Origin: Bugula neritina
Lineage: Eukaryota > Animalia > Bryozoa
Direction: 5' to 3'
Assembly: GCA_964035545.1 (NCBI GenBank)
Contig: CAXIUT010000179.1
Coordinates: 1-35,531, forward strand
Length of the DNA stretch: 35,531 nt
Shown: positions 12,601 to 25,132 of the stretch, in pieces
Position numbering within the stretch: position 1 is the first letter of the stretch
Layout of the letters: every line of letters begins with the position of its first letter
Made by a program: the position numbers and the translations under genes
The notes under the pieces: generated by a model
Seen by the model: the letters and a program-made list of their open reading frames with translations, nothing else
Database searches by the model: none
What the model was told of the DNA's origin: nothing

Positions 12601-15600
12601 ACAGTTAAGGTTTCCTACTGAAATTTAATTACAAGTAAGACAGTTAGAAATCACTTAAGAACATAGAGAACAAGAGGCAGGAGAAGTTGAAGTGTTGAGA
12701 TAAAGTTCTACACTACTATCGCAAATGCATTCAGTATTTAAGATAGAAAATGTACTTGATTCACACTGAAGACAACTAGTTTAAGTACAATCAAGGCAGT
12801 AAGCAGCACAAGTCTCACATACTAAAGTGGTTGAATTGAAAAATAAACCTGTTGAGCAAGAAAGACAAATAACTGAAGAGACATTTTGGTCACACTGAAG
12901 GCAGTTAGTGATGATTGAAGAGCAAGCAGTGCAGCTTCCGCCTCCTACATCATACATTTAAGCAGTATTATTACATTGACATGTGTTATTAATAATTACA
13001 AAAGTAGCTTAACACTCAAGGCAAGAAGTGCTAGAGGTGCAGTTAAGACAGTAAGTAGAACAAGGACTACAAGTAGAGTTGCTATCGGTGAAGTAGTTGT
13101 TGAGACAGAGCGAACAAATAACGTCAGAAGTTGCATTTGTTGAACAAATAGAACAAGAAGATATTAGTGTTGAACACTGCTGACAAGTCATGGAAGTAGA
13201 GTCCAAAAAATATTGATTACTTTAGTCACAGAGACAAGAACCGTTAAGCAAAGTGTATGTAGAGACACAAGAAGTAGAGTTTTCTGCTGAATCACAGGCT
13301 GTGGAATTGCTGGGACAAAGTTAACAACTGCCTGAAGTATTGAGATAGCTTCCTGTTAGACATGAAAGACAAGAAGAAGAGTAAAGACCACTACTACAAA
13401 GAGTACAATTAGAGAATATTTCATTACAAAGACTACAAGTTTAGTTGATTGAACTGTAGTATTGACCAGAACTGTTATCACACTCACAATTAGGCAAGAC
13501 ATAGACAAAAGGAGAAAGGCAAGTTAAACAGTAAGAAGTATTTAAGCAAGAACTACAGCCAATAGGACAAGTTTAACAGAGGTTACTGGCATTAAGGAAG
13601 AAACCTGACTAGCATTAAAAGCAAGTAGTAGCATTGCAGATAGTACAGTTAGAAACAAGTGTTGAACATGAAGAGCAATCATCACAAGTACAAGTACTGC
13701 CTGACAGTGAAAAACCTACAATGCAACTGAGACAAGTCGTTTAGTTCGAACAACTAGTGCATTATTGAGGACAGAGAGTACAGTAAGTAGAAGAAGTATA
13801 GTAAGGATCTTAACAAAGAGAACAGATCAAAGAAGGTGTTTATGAACAAGTAATACAGTTAGAAATAACTGAGTTACAAAGAATGCATTGATTGCTTGAA
13901 GAGTCTAAGTACTAATTAGTTGAGTTACAGACACAATCAGTGCCATTGTTCGTGAAAGTAGAGTTACATTGATGACAGTTGATAGCTGAAGAACAATTGA
14001 GACAAAAGATACTACAAACTTGGCAAGAAGTCGTATCAGAATAGTAACCTTGAGCACAGCTAAGACAGTTAAGGTTTCCTACTGAAATTTAATTACAAGT
14101 AAGGCAGTTAGAAATCATTTAAGAACATAGAGAACAAGAAACAGGAGAAGTTGAAGTATTGAGATAAAGTTCTACATTACTATCGCAAATGCATTCAGTA
14201 TTTAAGATAGAAAATGTACTTGATTCACACTGAAGGCAAGTAGTTTAAGTACAATCAAGGCAGTAAGCAGCACAAGTCTCACAGACTAAAGTGGTTGAAT
14301 TGAAAAAGTATCCATTTATACATGAGGTACAAGTTGTATTAAGGCCAGTCATGCTACAAGTTATACAATTTACTATAGCTTCTGAACATTCTTTACAGGT
14401 ATTAGTAGTAATATCAAAATAAAAACCTGATAATTAATCACACTAGCAATATCCTTCAGATATTATCAGATTGCTTGAGCTTTAACAAATTGTGCATAAA
14501 GTACTACTTTAACATTCTACACACAGAGTATTACATGGCAGACATATTCTTGCAAGATCTCCTATACTATATTATCCTGGAGGACATGAACTACAGAATG
14601 TACCTGCCCAGTAGTGATAGTCACAAGTATCGCAATTATCCATAACTGAAGGACAACCTTGACATTTAGTGCCATCAAATGTTGGATTTTGACTACTCAG
14701 TTGGCAAGCACAATAATTCCTATCAGGACAGCCAGAAACTGTAGCTACCAGTAGATCAAGTTTAGAATAACATGATAAGCAGTGAGCATTTTAGCATCCT
14801 GGATTCAAATCAGTCAGATATGCACAAGATGTACAACCAACAGGACAGGGCATACACTCAAGAACACTCACTGAAGGACCGAACATACTAGTATCATCTA
14901 CTGTCTTAAGATAAGTCCAGTTCCAAGTATGAAGAGATTCACCTGATGGGCAACTCTGGAGCAATCTGTTATCTGATAAAATATTTGACTACTACAACTT
15001 GCTAAAATCAATCCAAAGACCAGATAATTATACTTAAAATTAGCATGAACTTTGATTGTATTAATTCACATTAACTTTTAATATTTTGTTGATGTTGGTT
15101 GTTTCAATATTTATTTTTTTACAAGATCTAGAAGATATTTTATTAATACCAAACAAAAATAGTTCTTTATTGATAGATTTTTCAGATTATAAGTATCTTT
15201 AAAGAGATTTTTCTGCATTTATATCATAAAAAACAACCTAAAATAACTATTAATTGATATTTGAATTGATTATTAACAATGAATAGAAACAAAGGTGTTC
15301 TTTTTAACGAATTCTCCTGTGAATAATTGATATCTAGATATTCTTGTTTTCTTTTATCTTAACATTTATCCATGGATATGATTTACCTTCGAATAAATAT
15401 AGTTATCTTAGAAAAGGAATCACTTTTACTTTTTATCTACTCACTATAAGGTTATTTGATATTTAATTTAGAACTACTTATTATTATTTTAATGGCCATC
15501 TTTTCTAGAATTTTTAAGATATTATTAAATCCCTTTGATTGCCAGATCTTACAACCATATTTTTGTTTTTTTACCAGAAAAAAAGTCCAATTTCTTAACT

Positions 15601-15947
15601 TATAATTTATTCAATTGCAAAATAACTGATTTGACTTTTTATTATCTAACCTTCACTATTTGCTACTAATGTACATTTATCCATTCCTATCGTAATGATC
15701 TAAACCTCTAAAAAAGATTATTTCTAATTTGTTTCTAAGTAGAGATATAAATACTTGAAAATCCAGCTATCGACAAAGCTACAATTGGTACTGACTTGAA
15801 GGGCTATGGGAAAATAATATCATAAGGTAAGTATTGAGAAGACTATCTTTTTAAATTAGAAGACACTAAAGTAACAATTCCACTATGTTGAGCTGATATT
15901 TAGCTTAATATGATATTCAGAAGCAGAAGGAGTAAGTAGAAGTGCAT
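3691..15947 (-). CDS. Giant Cys-rich (furin-like/growth-factor-receptor repeat) surface protein with C-terminal multi-TM domain, ~4078 aa; complement(join(3691..15734,15755..15947))
   Basis: Signal peptide MHFYLLLLLLNIILS, then an H-type-lectin-like segment (YDIIFPEPFKSVPIVALSIAGF), ~3000 aa of CxxC repeats, a Myxococcus-type Cys repeat (CGDGYTNGYETCDDGNTIDGDGCSSTCQVE, ~5710-5805), about 7 TM helices (~4290-5290) and an acidic tail. The track ORFs at 4288, 6346 and 7153-13206 all lie in this frame. Not every internal codon was checked for TGA. Confidence 0.88.
7001..14307. repeat. Intragenic tandem repeat, 1464-bp (488-codon) unit, ~5 copies, nearly identical
   Basis: The same 65-aa track ORF recurs at 7153, 8617, 10081, 11545 and 13009 (spacing 1464). 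I saw only a few SNPs, with divergence concentrated at the array edges (7001-7013 and 14040-14307). Confidence 0.97.
15735..15754 (-). other. 20-nt intron (giant surface protein)
   Basis: gtatttatatctctacttag; links the signal-peptide exon to the main frame. Confidence 0.88.
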
Positions 15948-16238
15948 CTTGACTTATATTTTAGATTGATAAATAAATATGATATTGAGGTCAACAAAGC
16001 TTATATTTGTTTAAACGAAATAAAATTTAACTTTTTTGACTTATCAGAAGACTATTTATTTAAATTGTTTTTTTTTGTCAAAAATGTCCACTTTTCACGA
16101 TAAATAATACTGATAAAATTATGATTGAATAGATATCAAAAGATAAAAATCAGATAATAAAGGAATACAAAATAGATAATTTAATATAAAATAAAAAACT
16201 TATCGTGATCTTTTGAATCATTTAACAATAGAAAATAA

Positions 16239-18632
16239 TCAGAATATCTCATCGAACTGCTGTAACTTGAACTTTGGATCTATCTTATCTGACCCAAATA
16301 AATATATCTTATCCTCACTACTTAATATTTATAAAGCTTGCTTTATCTATTAACGAGAAACTTCTTTACTATCTTTCTTACTACTATCAAAAGGATACAT
16401 CCTCCTATATTCATCCTCAAAATCAAATAAAGAAGTCGCCTTCGAATATTTATACTAGTTAGCTTTCAACAATTTCTTTATCTTTTCCTTTATCTCGTTT
16501 ATCTTTTGCTTCATAGCCGATGATCTGCCAGTCACTAAGATGTCCATATCGATGATTCCTGTTTCAGGATCAGTTGCAGTTTGAAGAGTAGCAATACTTA
16601 TCAAATTAATAGCCTATTAAGCATCTTCGACACTAACTTCCGTTGATAGTCTCATCTTTGCAAAACTTTAACTCAATCTAATCATCGATTCAAGAAAACG
16701 AGGAGTAACAGCGATAGTATTATTACTCTGACCTTCCATCCTCAGTCGAATATACTATTTTTTAAGAAGTTAGCCTGCTTTCTAACTAAGTATAGGCGTA
16801 ATATCTCTAGCAAAACTAATATATTTAGTCAACATCTCCATTCCATATTTCGCTTTACTTCTAAATAAAAAATAAACATACTTTTTAGACGACTTGCTAT
16901 CTATCGTATAGATATCGATTATATGTTTAGCTATCTTCTCATCTTATTTCATACTCGGAACATCCAACATCAAATATATCAAATCAAATCGAGACAACAA
17001 AGCTGCAGGCATATTGATATTCTATATAACTGATTTATTAGGATTATATTTTGATTAGATAGGATTCGCTGCAGCCAAAATAGCCGTCCTAGAATTCAAC
17101 TGACATACAATGCCCGCCTTAGCTATCGATATCGTCTGCTGCTACATTGCTTAAAGCAAAACCAAACGTGTTTTTTCCATCATCTTGTCGAATTCATCTA
17201 TACAGCATAGTCCATTGTCACTTAGTACTAGTGCTCCACTCTATAGTATGAACTATCTGGTTTCGGGATCTTTGCGAACGTTTGCAGTCAGTCCTACAGC
17301 TGATGACCCAGTACCACATGTATACACACCTCTAGGAGCTATATTATGAACCTGACGTAGCATTTGCGATTTGGCTGTACTAGGATCACCCAAGAGACAA
17401 ATATTGATTTCTGAACGATATTTAGCATTATGACATTGTTTACGACTCCCTCCAAAGAGTTGAGCAAGAAGACCTTTTTTGATATTCCTATGACCAAAAA
17501 TAGAAGGAGCAAAACTATCGATTAAATCATCAACAACTGTAGCACTATTTGCTATCTTCATAAACTACCATCTCTATGCCTAACTAAATTTATGCTTATT
17601 GATTTTTACCTTAGAATCATCATCGATTTTAGAAATAGAAACCAAATCAAAATAAGTTTTAAAGATATTAGTCAACTAAAACTTAGATCTCTGTATTTTC
17701 ACTGGCTGGCATCGATATATACCAACTACTTAGATAAACGTTCCAGGGGATATCTTATCTACATTGGAATCATACGCAATCAGAGTAACAGAAGTAGGAG
17801 TTTGCCCTTCTTGGACATTAGATAGCAACTATTGGAATTTTATATATTGTTTGTTAGTAAATTTACATAAATTATGATCTATTTCAAGACTATTTGCCTT
17901 TTTGCAACGAGGACATTTCTTTGGTTATTCAACTTTAGCATTTACTAACTAAACATCTTTTTAGTATTAACAATTTACACATCTAAAAATAGCTATCGAC
18001 ATCTATGGATATATTTCAGACATACGAATCACCATTCCTACCATACTATTCAATCTATCCAAATTAACAGGATTCAAATCTTTCAATTTCTTCTTATCCT
18101 TTTTCTATAAATTTATAATACCAACCTTAATATATTCTTTCTTTATCTACCTATCTTTCATTTTGATACCACGATCAATCACTTCTTTCTGGTAGATTTC
18201 TTGTAGTATCATATCGAAAAGTGATATTATCTACGCTGGATAATATATCAACTGTAAGTATAAATTCTGATCATAAGTGCGAAGATGCTATCCATCAATG
18301 TCAAATATTATTCCTCCTGCATTGCTCTATTCAGTAAAACGAAGCTAGTTTAATTTTTATAAATAAACCTTTCTACTCACTATTTCTTCATCTTACTCAA
18401 TTGAAACAGAAAAGTTGAAAAGAAAACTTTTTATGTCCTAACAACTTTGTGATAAAGATATTGTAGTGCCGTAAACGACTCCTATGTTCTCGTTTCCAAG
18501 TTCAGTGGACAAGCTGTGTTTGCCTGATGAGTGTCTGTAAGAAGCCGACCTTCTGTCTGAACTCAAGTTATAGTTGACTTTAGAGGTGACCTTTTTGGGA
18601 GTTTATTCCAGTTGTTGAGGCAGTTCGTTCAT
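16239..18632 (-). CDS. MCM4: DNA replication licensing factor MCM4, ~790 aa (probable 21-nt intron at 16861-16881)
   Basis: YPAEIISLFD, C4 zinc finger, Walker A [49 protein letters not shown], SRFD arginine finger, and the MCM4-type ATDPETGIIDMDILVTG. Confidence 0.93.
16861..16881 (-). other. Candidate 21-nt in-frame intron (MCM4)
   Basis: gtatgtttattttttatttag; fits the GTA / -6A / TAG consensus, but the frame does not require it. Confidence 0.65.
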
Positions 18633-18712
18633 AATTATTATATGCGCTCAATTGCTTTAGCGCTCTTTTCAACTCCTTCAAACATATCCTATTAAATTAT
18701 AACTATAGATCA

Positions 18713-20071
18713 TCAGACCTGCGACTATAACTTGTTCAAGTAGTCATCCAAATCCTCTTCCTATTCCCCTTCCTCTTCAGAAGATTCAGGTTCAACTGGT
18801 TTAGAGTTGATATTTTTGAGAACTTCTTATATTTTTCTATCTATTTCTGTCTCATCTACCTCATGTTCTTCTTCTTCATGCTCCTGCAATGAAAAGTTGG
18901 CCTCTTCTTATCTCTTTTTATTCTCCTACTGAACTCGATGTTCCTCTTCTTCCATTTTTATCTATTATTCTTTAATATATTTTTTAGGCAATTTAAGCAT
19001 TTGTTTATTTCCACTTTAATGCAATTTAGCCAAATCCGATAATCCCAAATTATTCTAAAAAAGAAAGTCTATGAACATATCTTTTTTTTTATTAACTTGA
19101 CAATACCCAGAAAGATCAACAAATTGAAGATGTGCCCTAAAAAACTGTTAAAATATAAAATTAGTATTAAGTTGAACACGCATCATACTGTAGACCTTTC
19201 CCTTATACACATATTTAAATATCACCAAAAAATCATCACCTAGTATTATTGTACGATGACTTAGCTAGATACGCATAGCATCACCTTCAAATACAGAACT
19301 ATCAAGAGTCTAGCGCAATATCACCTGCTATTTACAACGAATCTCTATATTCACTTTCAACTATTTTAGTTGCTTCTGACCAATCACCTCAGTAGGCAAC
19401 TTTAGTTGAGGAGCCTAACTGATCAATATTTTTAGTAATTCTTGCTTTTTTGGATTTATTGAAGTTGGATTGTTGATATAGTTGATAAAGTTTTTAAAGA
19501 AAATATGTTAGTTTTTATAATTAGCCGCTCCCTATGCTTTTTGACTTTCAACTGACACTCCCAATAACTTATTCACATAGCAAATAGCCTAAGCCAGATC
19601 ACCTATTTCCCTGACTTTATGTTTAAACAGATAACAAACAAGCAAAATGGCACTTCTATTTTTATTATCCTGACAATGCACATAAACTTTATGACTAGGA
19701 CTAATAGTGAGAAAGAAATGAATGGAATCAATGGCAATAATCAACTCATAGAGAGGAAGGTTAGAATAATACTAATAACATAGATGATGTATCTCTCCAT
19801 TCTAGCTATTAGACAAAATCTCCTTTTATATAGTAGAATGATAAGGATACTAACTTATATTCCATATCTGAAAGTCATCGACTCCGATATGTTACTTCAA
19901 TGCTGCTATATTCTTTTTTTATGGATAAGATATGTAAAAGACATTCGGCGATACCTATAGTATCTAGGTCTGTGGGGTATCTCCTCGTAGTTTGCTGTAG
20001 TTAGTAGTGATGTTTTGAACGAGATCGCTTTATTTTATTCTGGAGAACATGCCCTTCATAGAACTCAACAT
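18713..20071 (-). CDS. PTEN/tensin-type phosphatase plus C2-domain protein with acidic tail, 452 aa
   Basis: Open frame of 453 codons under code 30. Contains FQIWNISE, the P-loop VYVHCQDNKNRSAILLVCYL (CX5R), and C2-like GDDFLVIF and MRVQLNTNFI. Confidence 0.75.
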
Positions 20072-20227
20072 TTGTTATATTTATGTAAATAGTGTAGAAT
20101 TCAAGTTTGTGAGGATTTGATTGATGAAATGATGGGAAAAGAGGGGGAAAAGGTTTAAATTTGCAAATAGGATTATAGCGGGAGGAGTCTTAAAATGATA
20201 GAAATTAAAATATATTTGTAAAATCTT

Positions 20228-20767
20228 ATGAAATTTATGCTGAAACCTTTAGCCAAACTTACCATCTTCTTTCTACTATTGCTTATTGGCTGCTAACTAG
20301 CCACTAACTATTGCCATCACTACAAAAATCATGTCCATGAATCCATCCAAAATACCATCATCAGCTATCTAGATATCACCAAAGAAGTATTCACTAATTC
20401 CATCAAAAAACTCTCTTAAAAAAGATGGACATAGTTCTTAATGGTTAACTACTTCCTTTACCTGTTCAACTATCGGATCTACTGGCTAGTGCTGATGATG
20501 ATTGGTGTAATTGCCTACTATGAATTCAAATTAAGACAGGTAAAAGAACCAAAAGGATACAGCAACATTAAGGTGACAAATGAGAAATATGAAGAAGAAA
20601 AAGAAAAGGAAACGACCAAAAGGGTACACTAACTGATCAATAGTAAGAAATACAAAGAATACAGAGACAGACCCATTATTATTCCTGATGGCTAAGAAGA
20701 ATAAACAGAAGATTAAGAATTCTAACAGTTCTACAAAGAAGTAGGAGCTGTCTAATTTCCACAGTGA
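20228..20767 (+). CDS. Small membrane protein (2 hydrophobic segments), 179 aa, with a possible NEMP/DUF2215-like C-terminal motif
   Basis: Open frame from ATG 20228 to TGA 20765. Has an N-terminal hydrophobic stretch, a second TM (IYWLVLMMIGVIAYY), then TNEKYEEEKEKETTKRVHELINSKKYKEY. Confidence 0.7.
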
Positions 20768-20850
20768 TCTTCACCTCATTCATTCACAATACAAATAATC
20801 ATTAAAATACTAATAAAATAAACAAATAAAACAGTTAAAACTATTTCCAA

Positions 20851-22851
20851 TCATATTTTCACACCATAAACTCCCCACAATTCCGCAGGATACAAAGCCA
20901 ATCGTATCTTACCAACATTATCTTTAGTTTGGCTGATTTCCTGCTCCTGAGAAATGGCCTCAATCGACCTCATTATAATCCTCTGGTTACGATCTTCAAC
21001 AGTAATCAGATACAATTTGTAATACAATGGCTAAAATACCTACATCAACTCAACCTATGTAAGTTAACTGATCTAATTGGCACTTTTTCCTGAATATGAC
21101 AATAAATACCTATAAGTTTAATGGCAACATTATCAAAAAGTATACAATTAATAGATCCAGTATTATCTGAAAACTCTAGCCTACAATTATATTTAAAAAC
21201 CAAATTTTAACTACCACATTCATGACATTCATTGACATTTTTCTATACTTTCTTCTTGCATTCGTCACATAATCTAAATAACATATTATTTTCATATATA
21301 TTCGTTAAATATGCACTAGAATTAATATATATTATACCTTATACTACGTGATTTACCATTCGATGGCTCATCTCGATAAAGCATCGATAACTCTCTTATG
21401 TTTTGAGGCTAAAAATCATCCATACTCTAGGGAATCAGATCTTTATAATGCTAAAGAAGGAATGGGTGCTAGGTAAGTCTTAGCAAGTTGGACTAGAATC
21501 CAAAATCATAATATTTTGACTGTTTTTTTCTGACATCTTAAACTATGATAATTTATTTTCTTTTAAGATCAAAGCTTTATAGATTTTTGATTTGATCAGT
21601 CCAAAAGCTAATTCTAATAGATTTATTTTTATTTCTAACAACCACTCTAATCACACTCTTACTATCACTCTGATTATTATTAGTATTATAATGCGCCTTC
21701 TCCTCAATATCATCCACCACTCCAATCACATCAACATACTCATTCTCCACCTCATTCTCATGATCCCAATGAAAATACTCATTTCTCAATGATTTAGTAT
21801 AATCCTCATTATGAATCTCTAGTATTTTATACTAACGATCCTTCAAACGAATCTGCGTACCATTGTTCTTTATATTTACCAAATCAAATCCACGAATATA
21901 GTAACATTTGTTCTTCTTCAGGATCTTCTAGTTGTTCATCGCCAAACGACCAGCCAAATGGATACGAATCAAACTGTCATTTTTGTCCAATACGCCCAAA
22001 TAACATACAGTCATTGGACCATCCTTTGTCTACTTCTTTGTCGATTTAAAACGAACCAACCTGCCGATCAGAAATCCTTCCTTTCCAGCCATTATCTCCT
22101 GAAGAGTCAAAGGCTCACCCAAACCATTTGATTGACTCTAGGACTGAATCGACTCTTTCTTTGTCTTCACAACTGTACTCGTAACTGATTGAGATATAGG
22201 TGTTGCTAGAGTATTGATACTAGCATTGATATTTTGGTAGTATTGATTTTGAACATGGTTTTGGCTGTGGAAGTTGTTGTTGTTGCTGTTTTGAAAAGGG
22301 GAAATATATTAGATCTAATGTTTATTTTATATTTTAATTGAAGTTTATTCAGATTTACCACTATGATTCTACTCCCTTCCATTGCTCTTTTTAGCAGTTT
22401 AATCTCTCATTTATCCCTTCTTATGTCTACTCATGAACAACTGTATTTCCTGAGGCATTCCCAACAACTAGCTACCAGCCTGCACCTCAGCCATCTTCCT
22501 AACAATGATTTTCAACTTGCATATCTTAGTCTCATCAATTTTGCTAAAATAATCAGTCAATTTGATGATATGCATCTTCCTAAAATTTCTAATAGCAGTT
22601 CCATTTTTAGTCTAGCAAATACTGCCCATAGACATCTGATATGTTCCAGATAGAGTACAATCAATAACGAACAACCCATCAGATATTCTAATTCTAAGTA
22701 AAAAAATAAAATACATGATTTACTTCTAGTTGACCTCACTTTACTAGTAATCAACCAACTGAAGAGTCGGCTGGGACACAGCACCTCTATTTTGCAGATA
22801 AAGGTCACGGATACAGCCCTCAGATAGAATCGCGCCACTCGATGTATTCAT
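20851..22851 (-). CDS. RPA1: RPA1/RPA70-family OB-fold ssDNA-binding protein (divergent, possibly a paralog), ~645 aa, 3 introns
   Basis: RPA70N motifs LSEGCI, PTLQLV and IRISDG; an N/Q-rich linker; OB-B YVDVIGVVDDI and IRISFW; OB-C zinc ribbon CDECKKKV...CHEC and FSDNTGSINCILFDNVAIKLIGKSANE. Introns at 21090-21109, 21316-21337 and probably 22694-22714. Confidence 0.85.
21090..21109 (-). other. 20-nt intron (RPA1-like)
   Basis: gtatttattgtcatattcag; restores the conserved LIGKSA. Confidence 0.9.
21316..21337 (-). other. 22-nt intron (RPA1-like)
   Basis: gtataatatatattaattctag; needed to reach the zinc-ribbon frame. Confidence 0.82.
22694..22714 (-). other. Candidate 21-nt in-frame intron (RPA1-like)
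   Basis: gtattttatttttttacttag; fits the consensus, but the frame does not require it. Confidence 0.65.
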
Positions 22852-23022
22852 AAGAATATTACAAATATATCAAAGCAGTTTATATTAACCCCTTTAACCA
22901 AATCCATATATCGACATCAAATTTAACACTTTTAGGAATTATCAAGTCAATTCTATATGATAAAAAAACAGGCATAAACAGACTATATACGTTATAGATA
23001 AGATCCATATGACTCAATCACT

Positions 23023-24307
<1,285 letters not shown>

Positions 24308-24639
24308 CCAATTAACTAATTATCAATCCTCACCTTATAAATTAAGGTATAGAAAAAAGCGCCTTTACTTCTACTTTTAATTCAAATATTTTCTCTATTT
24401 TGATAGGCATATCTCAAAATAAAATAATCTCATAAAAACCACCTTCATTTCCCACATCCATCCATCTTATTAAAATAATGTAAAAGTAACCTTATTGTCC
24501 TTATTTACTCTTGAATATCATTCTTTGAAGTAAGAATAATAGTTTTATTGGAAAAGGAAGAAAGAATGATAAAAAATGATATGATAAGTGAGTTTATTAA
24601 TTTTAATCATTAAAAATAATTTGCAATAAGAGTACTGAT

Positions 24640-25092
24640 ATGCTCAGAAGAATCCCTGCCCTACCTCTTGATAGCTGCCTCAGCACCCAACCAAAAAAAC
24701 AAGAACTATCCCCATCCACCCAAGACTCAGGATCACCCAGAAACATGACCAATCTCTATGAAGCCAAATCTTCCATAAGGAAGGATAAAGAAAAATCACA
24801 GCTATGCAAAAAATACCTTTAATTCGGGTTTTGTCCTTACCAGAAAAGATGCAAATTTGCACACGGATCCCACTAACTCAGAAAAAATCAACAACTCAAC
24901 TCCAAATACAAAACAAAAGAATGCGGAGTCTTCCTCAAAGAAGGATCCTGCATGTTCGGATAGAGATGTAACTTCATCCACGGCAACGTCTGCTCTAAGA
25001 AGCAGGCATTGCCCTGCGATACCATCTTCCAAACAATCAGGCACCAAGTCAAAAAATAATCAAGATTACTCGCACTCATAGGAAAACAATGA
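24640..25092 (+). CDS. Tandem CCCH zinc-finger protein (TTP/ZFP36-like ARE-binding family), 150 aa
   Basis: KSQLCKKYLEFGFCPYQKRCKFAHGSHELR and YKTKECGVFLKEGSCMFGERCNFIH, giving two C-x8-C-x5-C-x3-H fingers. Confidence 0.92.
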
Positions 25093-25132
25093 TTATATTT
25101 CAGCTTTTATTAGTTACCAACCATCAAAATCA

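Noticed and set aside
7001-14307. Mobile element or satellite origin of the 1464-bp repeats
   Set aside because: The unit is a multiple of 3, in frame within one CDS, encodes Cys-rich repeats, and shows no terminal repeats or transposase.
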